Assembly (NCBI GenBank): GCA_947625955.1
Contig: CANQQH010000021.1
Span: forward strand, 1-12,149
Source: an uncultured Clostridia bacterium
Lineage (GTDB): Bacteria; Bacillota; Clostridia; Christensenellales; UBA1242
DNA length: 12,149 nt
Direction of reading: 5' to 3'
Shown here: positions 5,672 to 12,149 of the stretch, piece by piece
Layout: the number at the start of each line of letters is the position of its first letter
How positions within the stretch are numbered: position 1 is the first letter of the stretch
Notes under the pieces: model-generated
What the model saw: only the letters and a program-made list of their open reading frames with translations
Database searches by the model: none
Told to the model about the DNA's origin: nothing
Position numbers and translations under genes: made by a program

Positions 5672-7741
5672 TCACTCCATAAGTTTTTCAATATCTTCTT
5701 TTTGAACGGATGGAGTTATCTCGCTTATTGCCTTTTCAAAATCTTCTTGGCAAATGTATTTTTCTTCGGTTTTCAGTGCCCTTAGCGCAGAAATTTCTTC
5801 CACGCGGTCCATGAGGTTGGTCATGTCGGCGCCATTATAGCCATTAGTCTTGGTCACCACGGCCGAAACATTGAAGTCGCTCGAAATTGAAACAACGCCT
5901 TTGTGCTTCACCTTTTCAAGCCTGTGCTCAATCATATACTTTCTTGCGTCGTCGTCTGGCAAGCCAACATAGATTCTTGTTCCAAACCTGCCCGGCCTTA
6001 TGAACGCTGAATCGATGTCCCAAGGCTTGTTGGTTGACGCAACCAAGAACAAGATGTTGTTGGTTTTCTTGCCATACTCTTCAATGCCCTGGATCTGCGC
6101 CAAAAATTCTGAGCGCAACTGCTTTGCTATTTGCGACCTTGTGTTCTTTGGCGAGATTGAATCCATTTCGTCAAAATACACAACCGCGCAAGGGAATCTT
6201 CTTGCTTGGTCGAAGAGTGCGCGCACCGCCTTCTCGGAGTTGCCCACCCCTTGGTTTAGAAGATCCGACGGCTTGACCGAGCAGAACTTCGCGCCAATCT
6301 CGTTTGCGATTGCAGCTGCGATCATTGTTTTGCCAGTTCCCGGAGGACCATAGAGGAGCAGTCCCCCGCCGCTCTTTCGAACGTAGCCCTCAAACGCCTT
6401 TGGATTTTTTAGCGGCAAAAGCACCTTGACTTCAACCACTTCCTTAACGCTTTCAAGCCCCGCGATGTCGTCGAACCTTATGCTTGGCAGGCTGTCCCAA
6501 TTGAACTTGAAATCGTCGTTGACTCTATCTTCATCGCTGAGCACCTTTTCCTCAGGCGAACCGAACTTGCGCTCGTCGTCCTTTGCCTCAGGTTTTGGCT
6601 CAACTTGCTTTGGCTCAATTGGTTTTGAGGTTTTATCATTTTTGAGTTCGATTTCATAGACCTTGTCAGGGAAGTCCTGCTCGGTTATTTTCAAAATATC
6701 TTCATTCGTTGGAGATGAGAGTTTCGAAATTCTTTTCGACTGCCTCGTGACAGTCTCTTCAAAAATATTGCGCACGTCTCTTGCATTTCCAAAATTATTT
6801 TCTCGATTTGCAAAGAGCGTGCTGAAATATTTCCTTATCAAATTTTTCGCACTTTCACTCAAAATATATTGATTTTTTGCGCAAAAACCTTCAAAAATCT
6901 CAAAAAGTTCTTCTCCGTTGTAGTCTGGGAAGAAGATGAAATTCTTGAATCGGGAGCTCAGCCCCGGGTTTGAAGAAATGAATTTTTGCATTGGATTGGT
7001 GTAGCCCGCAACGATGATGGCAATGTCGTTTCGCTTGTCTTCCATTTCTTTTAGTATTGTGTCGATTGCCTCTTGCCCAAAGTCGTTCATGCCGCCGTTT
7101 GCGAGAGTGTAGGCCTCATCGATAAACAAAACGCCGCCCTCAGCTTTTTTCAAAACGTCTTTGGTCTTGGTTGCCGTTTGACCAACATAGCCAGCCACAA
7201 GCCCAGCCCTGTCAACTTCAACGAGTTGCCCCTTGCTGAGAATCCCAAGCGCGCAATAAATCTGCGCAATCAGCCTTGCAACCGTGGTCTTGCCCGTTCC
7301 GGGATTGCCCGTGAACACCATGTGATACGACATCTCTGGCACACTCATCCCGCGCTCTTTTCGCATTTGGAAAACTTTGATTTGGTCAATCCAATCGCTA
7401 ACTTGGTCCTTAACGGTTTTGAGGCCGATCAAACCATTAAGCTGCGAGAGCGCCTCTTCAAGCGTGATTTTTTCATTGTTTTGAACGCTCACATCCGCAC
7501 GCTCTTCTTCGGCACTTTTCTTTTGAACGCCAATACTTTCAGCCATTGCAATCAAACTTTTTGCGCGGCTGAACCTTGCCTTTTGAAGTTCGCCAGTGCT
7601 CTGCTTCGCCATTTTGAGCATTTGCTCAGACGCCAGCAAATAATACTTCTTTGCCAGAAGTTTATCTCCGTTTTCTTGGCACTCTTTGGCTTTGCGATAA
7701 TACAAATCAAATGTTTCCGTGAGTAAGTTTATATTCGACAT
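5672..7741 (-). CDS. MIT-like N-terminal domain + tandem AAA+ ATPase (module 1 SpoVK/CbbX-type; module 2 classical AAA with Vps4/katanin-like SRH), 689 aa
   Basis: Walker A1 GNPGTGKT (nt 7286-7309), Walker B1 VLFIDEAY, and an LIGLxxVK...GNPGTGKTTVAR...GGVLFIDEAYxL signature. Walker A2 GPPGTGKT (nt 6326-6349), Walker B2 VVYFDEMD, and SRH-like ASTNKPWDIDSAFIRPGRF. The N-terminal 75 aa form a helical TPR/MIT-like region (DLYYRKAKECQENGDKLLAKKYYLLASEQMLKMAK). RBS AAGGAG. Confidence 0.9.
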   Translation of the reverse strand: MSNINLLTETFDLYYRKAKECQENGDKLLAKKYYLLASEQMLKMAKQSTGELQKARFSRAKSLIAMAESIGVQKKSAEEERADVSVQNNEKITLEEALSQLNGLIGLKTVKDQVSDWIDQIKVFQMRKERGMSVPEMSYHMVFTGNPGTGKTTVARLIAQIYCALGILSKGQLVEVDRAGLVAGYVGQTATKTKDVLKKAEGGVLFIDEAYTLANGGMNDFGQEAIDTILKEMEDKRNDIAIIVAGYTNPMQKFISSNPGLSSRFKNFIFFPDYNGEELFEIFEGFCAKNQYILSESAKNLIRKYFSTLFANRENNFGNARDVRNIFEETVTRQSKRISKLSSPTNEDILKITEQDFPDKVYEIELKNDKTSKPIEPKQVEPKPEAKDDERKFGSPEEKVLSDEDRVNDDFKFNWDSLPSIRFDDIAGLESVKEVVEVKVLLPLKNPKAFEGYVRKSGGGLLLYGPPGTGKTMIAAAIANEIGAKFCSVKPSDLLNQGVGNSEKAVRALFDQARRFPCAVVYFDEMDSISPKNTRSQIAKQLRSEFLAQIQGIEEYGKKTNNILFLVASTNKPWDIDSAFIRPGRFGTRIYVGLPDDDARKYMIEHRLEKVKHKGVVSISSDFNVSAVVTKTNGYNGADMTNLMDRVEEISALRALKTEEKYICQEDFEKAISEITPSVQKEDIEKLME

Positions 7742-7754
7742 ATCTCGTTCCTTT

Positions 7755-8321
7755 CTACTCTGCCATTTTCTTTTTCAAGCTTTCAAGTTCCTTTTCAATC
7801 TCGCTTTCAATCGAGCTTTCGGCAGTTGCTTCGTTCGTCATGAGTGAATCAAGTTCCTTGTTTTCTTCCTCAGTTCCGGCCGACGCCGTTGTGAACGACG
7901 ATTCGGTCTCGTTCATGAACTCTTCCATTTGTTCAGTTTGAACTTCAACGCCAATCATTGCCTCAGCAAACTGCTTTTGCACCTTTGCGAAGTCCGACTC
8001 TTTTGTGAGCTTCATCATGTCTTTGCTGAGCGAGCTCATACCTTTGAGAAAGTCCGCCGTCATTGCCGACATATCTTTCATTTGCGAAGTGATTTCGAAG
8101 TTTAGTTTCATCTCATAGACTCTGCGCTGCTGAGTGATTGTCATTTTGAGCCCAGCGAGAGCGAGGTTATATTGCGCCGTGAGCCCTCTTTGTTTTGCCT
8201 GCTTGCCCGACTCAATATAGCCCTTTTTCTGCTCTTCAAGTTTTTGAATTTGCTTGTTCATTTCGTTGATTGTCTTTTTGATTAGCATCTTTTTTTCGAT
8301 TTCTTTTTTACTAACACCCAT
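7755..8321 (-). CDS. Snf7/ESCRT-III-like protein, 188 aa, with a C-terminal MIM1-like motif
   Basis: Basic N-terminus, then coiled-coil core. The Met-rich helix MKDMSAMTADFLKGMSSLSKDMMKLTKESDFAKVQKQFAEAMIGVEVQTEQMEEFM closely parallels CHMP1-family alpha3-alpha4. The C-terminus EIEKELESLKKKMAE resembles the MIM1 consensus [DE]xxLxxRLxxL[KR]. A 13-nt gap with an RBS separates it from the downstream AAA gene. Confidence 0.75.
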   Translation of the reverse strand: MGVSKKEIEKKMLIKKTINEMNKQIQKLEEQKKGYIESGKQAKQRGLTAQYNLALAGLKMTITQQRRVYEMKLNFEITSQMKDMSAMTADFLKGMSSLSKDMMKLTKESDFAKVQKQFAEAMIGVEVQTEQMEEFMNETESSFTTASAGTEEENKELDSLMTNEATAESSIESEIEKELESLKKKMAE

Positions 8322-8334
8322 AATTTTTCCTCAA

Positions 8335-8937
8335 CTATTCCTCTGGATTTTCCGAGGTTTTTTTGCTTCCCTCAGCAAACATTTCTTGCTCAGCTTCAAC
8401 TTGGTCCTCAGTTTCGAACATGGCAAGCAAAGCATCGTCGTTTGCGTTTGCACCATAGATGCTTTCGTTCTTCTCATATGCCTCTTCAACCTGCTTGAAA
8501 GTCTCATCTGCCGAGGTCAAAACGTCCTCTGCCGAGATCCTGTTTCCAAGCGCTTTGTTGAGAAATTTTGCGAGCCCTTTTTGGTCAGCAAGCAAATTCC
8601 CAAGCGACGCCTTTGACGCGTTTTTGAAAAACTTATTGTCGTCAATTGTGTTTTTCAGCTTGTTCAAAAGACGAATGTTATACATCAAATACATCGCTCT
8701 TTGCACGTTCTGCTCTCTGTCGGCTTTGAGGTTGGTTATCTTCTTTGCATAGAAGAGCCTGACGTCCTGAGATTTCTCCGCCCTGCCCTTTGCCATAAGT
8801 TCGTCTATCTGCTTGCTCTTTGAAGCGAGGTCTTCTTCAAGGTCTTTTTCCTCTTGCTCCAATTTGCAAATTGCGTCAACCACATTCTCACGAGTGAGTT
8901 TGTCATATTTATTTTTGAAAAAAAACATAATTTTCAC
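8335..8937 (-). CDS. Second Snf7/ESCRT-III-like paralog, 200 aa, with an acidic C-terminal tail. The ORF track gives a GTG start at 8937, but the ATG at 8928 (MFFFKNK...) has the better-placed GGTG RBS.
   Basis: Coiled-coil helical protein. The segment ISAEDVLTSADETFKQVEEAY matches the Snf7 LDIDKVDETMDEIREQVE region. Acidic tail reads EDQVEAEQEMFAEGSKKTSENPEE. Confidence 0.6.
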   Translation of the reverse strand: MKIMFFFKNKYDKLTRENVVDAICKLEQEEKDLEEDLASKSKQIDELMAKGRAEKSQDVRLFYAKKITNLKADREQNVQRAMYLMYNIRLLNKLKNTIDDNKFFKNASKASLGNLLADQKGLAKFLNKALGNRISAEDVLTSADETFKQVEEAYEKNESIYGANANDDALLAMFETEDQVEAEQEMFAEGSKKTSENPEE

Positions 8938-8940
8938 CTA

Positions 8941-9282
8941 CTATATCTTTGAATTTCTGTCGGCAATTGCGAGTTTTATTTGCGTGAGCATTGACTTTAT
9001 TTTCTTGTCAACTTCGCCGTCTGCCTTAACGAGCGCGATTCGCATATCTTCAATAAAATGCTTAATTTTCGTGTCATACTCAACAACCTTTGGATCGTCG
9101 GATGGAATGAGATACTTGATTTTTTCCTTTGTTTCCTTCAAGTCTTCCACCATTTCTTCGTTTTCGCCAGCGAGCAAAATCAAGGCGTCGATTGCTCTTT
9201 CATTCTCGCTGATAAGTTCGCGGTTTGCACCAACCTTTTCAGCTGATGATTTCTTTCCAAATATTTTTTTGAATAAACCCAT
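8941..9282 (-). CDS. Small (113 aa) all-helical hypothetical protein with an N-terminal amphipathic basic motif MGLFKKIFGKK
   Basis: ORF packed 3 nt from the next gene. An AAGGAG RBS lies in the 14-nt gap to the upstream gene. No recognisable catalytic motif. Confidence 0.7.
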   Translation of the reverse strand: MGLFKKIFGKKSSAEKVGANRELISENERAIDALILLAGENEEMVEDLKETKEKIKYLIPSDDPKVVEYDTKIKHFIEDMRIALVKADGEVDKKIKSMLTQIKLAIADRNSKI

Positions 9283-9296
9283 TTTCTTTCTCCTTT

Positions 9297-10349
9297 TTAT
9301 TTAAGTTTGTTTCCGCAACCTGAACAGAATGTTGCGTCGGCGTCATTTTCTTTTCCACACTTTGAGCAAACTTGTTTCTCTTTCACAACCTTCTTGCCGC
9401 ACTTTGAGCAGAACACGTCGTTTGCTTTGAGCTCAGCACCGCAATGTGGGCAGAATGTTTTTTGCGCGGCAGCAGCCTTATGCTTTCCACCCTCTTGATT
9501 TGGATGCCCAATAACTTTCAAAACCTCATAGTAGGCGTTTCTGTCTTGAAGTTCAAGCTGACGAAGATACTTTTCTCTTTCCCACTCTTTGTCGTCGAGC
9601 CTCTCAACTTCTTTGAGGTATTCCTTTATCTTCTCTTGTCTCTTAGCCTCGGCAGCAGCGTCTTCAACGGCATTGCTGTCCTCTTCGGAAATTCCAAGAT
9701 ATTCAATGATGAAGTCAACGAGCGAAATACCCCACGACTTGTCGAACTTCTCGCTCAAAATCTTTCCCGACTTTGTTGCAATACTCTTGCGGTTTGCGTC
9801 GAACTGGTCATAGGTGAGCTTTGCCTCTTTCACAACTTTCAAGAAGCAGTCTGCAAACTCGTCAACAACGGCGGCAGAGAATCTCTTTTTGAACTCTTGC
9901 AAGTCAAACTCCTTCTTCACACCCACAACTTTCCTGAAAAATTGCTCTGGGTTTGAAATTGAGATTCCAAACTGACCTCTTGCCCCAACGCTGACAACCT
10001 TGTTGCTGGCTTCGTCGCGATATTTGATTTTCTCAGGTGTGCCCCACAAAATCAAAACGCTGGTGTCTTTGGGCATATAGATGATGTCAACCGAGAAACC
10101 TTTCTTCCAGTTCTTCACTTCGTCTTTTGTTTCAAAAACATTATAGTGACCGCTCTTATAGAACTTCCCATTGTCGCCCCCCTTGATAACATAAGCGTTG
10201 TGAGTGAATGGAACTTCAAACATTGCATCCTTCTCGCGAATCTCGTCAGACACCCTGACGAAAAGCACGCTGTTGTCGTCAACCTTGGCGTTGCAATGAT
10301 TCTGCTCAAACTTGATAATTTGCTGTGATTTTTTAGAAAATAAACCCAT
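9297..10349 (-). CDS. SPFH/Band_7_1-like (YdjI / COG4260-like) protein with a C-terminal double zinc-ribbon, 350 aa; first gene of the operon
   Basis: N-terminus MGLFSKK... The N-terminal half has the MG[LI]F...F.V...A.VI..G......SG.Y.V.T pattern recalled for Band_7_1 (so-called virion core protein) family members. The C-terminus has CPHCG...CSKCG and CSKCG...CSGCG zinc ribbons. RBS AAGGAG 9 nt upstream of the ATG. The SPFH assignment rests on remembered family features only. Confidence 0.8.
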   Translation of the reverse strand: MGLFSKKSQQIIKFEQNHCNAKVDDNSVLFVRVSDEIREKDAMFEVPFTHNAYVIKGGDNGKFYKSGHYNVFETKDEVKNWKKGFSVDIIYMPKDTSVLILWGTPEKIKYRDEASNKVVSVGARGQFGISISNPEQFFRKVVGVKKEFDLQEFKKRFSAAVVDEFADCFLKVVKEAKLTYDQFDANRKSIATKSGKILSEKFDKSWGISLVDFIIEYLGISEEDSNAVEDAAAEAKRQEKIKEYLKEVERLDDKEWEREKYLRQLELQDRNAYYEVLKVIGHPNQEGGKHKAAAAQKTFCPHCGAELKANDVFCSKCGKKVVKEKQVCSKCGKENDADATFCSGCGNKLK

Positions 10350-10390
10350 CTTGATTTTCTCCTTGAAAAATAAATTTGTGTAATAATGTA

Positions 10391-10419
10391 ACTATATAAC
10401 TATATACATAATATGTCAA
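10391..10419 (-). promoter_or_regulatory. Strong sigma70-like promoter for the minus-strand operon: TTGACA (10419-10414), 17-nt spacer, TATAGT (10396-10391)
   Basis: Hexamers read on the reverse complement, followed by the AAGGAG RBS (10364-10359) and the ATG at 10349. A tandem AACTATATA / ACTATATAC repeat overlaps the -10 region. Confidence 0.55.
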
Positions 10420-10813
10420 GCAAACTGTATAAAAACCACTTTTTTTGTGCCGATTTTTGCCAGCAAACTATTTTTTCTGCTTCCACATAATTTTTGAAAA
10501 AAGCATCATGCACATCATCTTTTCTTGCACAAAATCAATTTTCACAAAGTTTTAGAAAACACGAAAATTTACATCATTTTGCAATACTTTTGACGCGATT
10601 TTGCAGAAAACAATGGCAATTCGATTAAACAAAGATTGAAATTTGCACCGAAAACCGCAAATGCAAGGTTCTCACGCTGAAAAATAAGCGAAATGCCACC
10701 AAAAACTCGCAAAAATAAATTCAAAAACAATAAAGCCCCTCTTTCAACAATTTCATCAACACCCTAACTTTCGCTTGCCTCAACCCCGCGCTTTTTGATA
10801 TCATAAACATATA

Positions 10814-11311
10814 TTGGAGAATAGCATGATAAAACTAAAACAATATCGAGACCCATGGCTCGCAGAAAATTTCGATGAATTTATAGGGTTCTACCCACGC
10901 GAATATTTTGTCTTTGACAATTTCTCGTCGTTTAAGGTTCTTTATAACGGCGTGCTTTATTCCACCGTTGAACACGCATATCAGGCAAGCAAATTTTTGG
11001 AAACCGCCCCTGAAATCGCAAAGCAAATTACCGAAAGCTATTCGGCGCACGAAGCGCAAAAAATCGCCTATGCAAACAAAGACAAGCAGCGCGCGGATTG
11101 GGACATCATCAAGGTTGACTTCATGGAAAAACTTTTGCGAGCAAAACTTGAACAAAACCCTTATGTTAAGAAGAAACTTCTTGAAACTGAAAACTACATG
11201 ATATGCGAAGATTCACCAAAAGATAGTTTTTGGGGTATCGGGCCCGACAGAAAAGGGCAAAACCAACTTGGCAAACTTTGGATGAAACTTCGAGATGAAC
11301 TAAGAAAATGA
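10814..11311 (+). CDS. NADAR-domain (YbiA / DUF1768-like) protein, predicted ADP-ribose / NAD-derivative-processing hydrolase. The ORF track starts at TTG 10814; the likely true start is the ATG at 10826, with a GGAG RBS at 10816-10819.
   Basis: Motifs FDNFSSF, STVEHAYQASKF, ADWD and ENYMICEDSPKDSFWGIGPD...GQNQLGKLWMKLRDEL match the NADAR consensus (FSNF / EH.YQA.KF / DW / P.D..WG.G...G.N.LG..LM.VR..L). Confidence 0.85.
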   Translation: MENSMIKLKQYRDPWLAENFDEFIGFYPREYFVFDNFSSFKVLYNGVLYSTVEHAYQASKFLETAPEIAKQITESYSAHEAQKIAYANKDKQRADWDIIKVDFMEKLLRAKLEQNPYVKKKLLETENYMICEDSPKDSFWGIGPDRKGQNQLGKLWMKLRDELRK

Positions 11312-12009
11312 ACAATATCAAATATAAAATATTTCAGGCGAAACAGACAAAGGAAATTCTTCTTTGCTTGCACGGCTTCGCGGGCGACAAAGAAAGTTCA
11401 GTTATCGACGCCATCGGTTCGAGCCTGAAAAACAGCAACATCACAACAATTTCATTCGACCTTCCCTGCCATGGCGAAGATGAAAACAGGGGTATTTTCC
11501 GTGTTGAAAAGTGCCAAGAATATTTGGCTGAGGTTTTGAAAGAAATCAAATCTCACACCAGCGCACCAATCAACATCTTTGCAACCAGCTTTGGCGCATA
11601 TTTATTTTTGCATTATCTCAGTTCTTCAAACGATAAATTCAAAAACATCATCTTGCGTTCCCCCGCCATTGACATGCCTCACATCATCCGCAAAATAATG
11701 AAAGAGCACGGCGTCCGCGATATAAAATTCTCGCCCATAAATCTTGGCTATGGTCGGGAACTGTTCATCGACAATCAATTCATTTCATCTCTTTCCCTGC
11801 CTAAGTTCGATTCAAAAAACAGCATAGTGATAAACATCATTCAAGGCAGAAAGGACGAGCTCATTGACTGCGCGTTCAACGAAAAATACTTCGAGAAATA
11901 CTTCAATGGTCGCCATAAAATCTACTATTTTGACTCCGCCGACCATAGATACAAAAATCCTGGCGAGAAAGAAAAGATAGTTGAAATAGTGAAAAATATT
12001 CTATTTTGA
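11308..12009 (+). CDS. alpha/beta-hydrolase-fold serine hydrolase/esterase, 233 aa, translationally coupled (ATGA overlap) to the NADAR gene
   Basis: LCLHGFAG (oxyanion region), nucleophile elbow FATS*FGAY (GxSxG variant), acid QGRKD*ELID, and His DSADH*RY, in the canonical order Ser-Asp-His. Confidence 0.8.
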   Translation: MNNIKYKIFQAKQTKEILLCLHGFAGDKESSVIDAIGSSLKNSNITTISFDLPCHGEDENRGIFRVEKCQEYLAEVLKEIKSHTSAPINIFATSFGAYLFLHYLSSSNDKFKNIILRSPAIDMPHIIRKIMKEHGVRDIKFSPINLGYGRELFIDNQFISSLSLPKFDSKNSIVINIIQGRKDELIDCAFNEKYFEKYFNGRHKIYYFDSADHRYKNPGEKEKIVEIVKNILF

Positions 12010-12086
12010 AAATTTAATTGTATAAAACACATCAATTCACACAGTTTTTTACATTTTTATTTTCAATTTGAAAAGTTGAGGTATAA

Positions 12087-12149
12087 ATGGAATTTATAAA
12101 ATTTTTCAAGAACAAGAATAACATAAAAGAATCCATCGTTATTGTTTTT
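12087..12149 (+). CDS. 5' fragment of a downstream ORF (MEFIKFFKNKNNIKESIVIVF...), runs off the window
   Basis: GAGG RBS at 12078-12081, ATG at 12087. Only 21 codons are visible. Confidence 0.3.
   Translation, partial: MEFIKFFKNKNNIKESIVIVF

Noticed and set aside
7073-7726. 217-aa plus-strand ORF, and the 6000..6872 plus-strand ORFs
   Set aside because: Antisense to the double AAA+ ATPase gene, whose Walker A motifs verify on the minus strand (GNPGTGKT, GPPGTGKT). These are frame shadows.
8941-9282. 113-aa protein as a truncated third ESCRT-III subunit (alpha0 plus alpha1-alpha2 hairpin only)
   Set aside because: The only support is the MGLFKKIFGKK N-terminus and its helical character. There is no alignable Snf7 core motif, so it is kept as a hypothetical helical protein.
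8254-9304. Plus-strand ORFs of 120, 97, 163 and 62 aa across the ESCRT-III-like and small-protein genes
   Set aside because: Antisense shadows in an AT-rich coiled-coil-coding region. Their Ser/Phe/Leu-rich translations are typical of reverse-frame artefacts.
10776-10815. Putative sigma70 promoter for the NADAR gene (TTGCCT / TTGATA with TATATT-like -10 candidates)
   Set aside because: No hexamer pair with acceptable 16-19-nt spacing could be found by eye. The promoter is not called; the TSS may lie further upstream.

Overview
Low-GC bacterial window with sigma70-like promoters and AGGAG-type ribosome-binding sites. Its core is a tightly packed seven-gene operon on the minus strand (10349 down to 1023). 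A strong TTGACA-17-TATAGT promoter at 10391..10419 drives it, and a bidirectional intrinsic terminator at about 979..1009 closes it. In transcription order the operon encodes: (1) an SPFH/Band-7_1-like (YdjI-like) protein with two C-terminal zinc ribbons; (2) a 113-aa helical protein; (3) and (4) two Snf7/ESCRT-III-like proteins, one carrying a C-terminal MIM1-like motif; (5) a MIT-like domain fused to a tandem AAA+ ATPase (SpoVK/CbbX-type module plus a classical Vps4-like AAA module); (6) a 1280-aa protein with the architecture Zn-ribbon / TPR-like / TIR domain (putative catalytic Glu retained) / long helical region / 3-4 TM helices / BspA-type leucine-rich repeats, i.e. an inverted Toll-like-receptor-like layout; (7) a Zn-ribbon fused to a trypsin-like (GNSGGP) serine protease. 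Convergent on the plus strand is a candidate JAB/MPN+ metalloprotease (154..954). Divergent across a 460-bp AT-rich intergenic region is a NADAR (YbiA-like, NAD/ADP-ribose processing) gene, translationally coupled to an alpha/beta-hydrolase, followed by a partial ORF. I read the operon as a candidate previously undescribed bacterial ESCRT-III/Vps4-like membrane-remodelling module coupled to a TIR (NAD+-consuming) effector/sensor, plausibly a defence or envelope-stress system. All domain calls come from reading motifs by eye and need HMM or structure confirmation.
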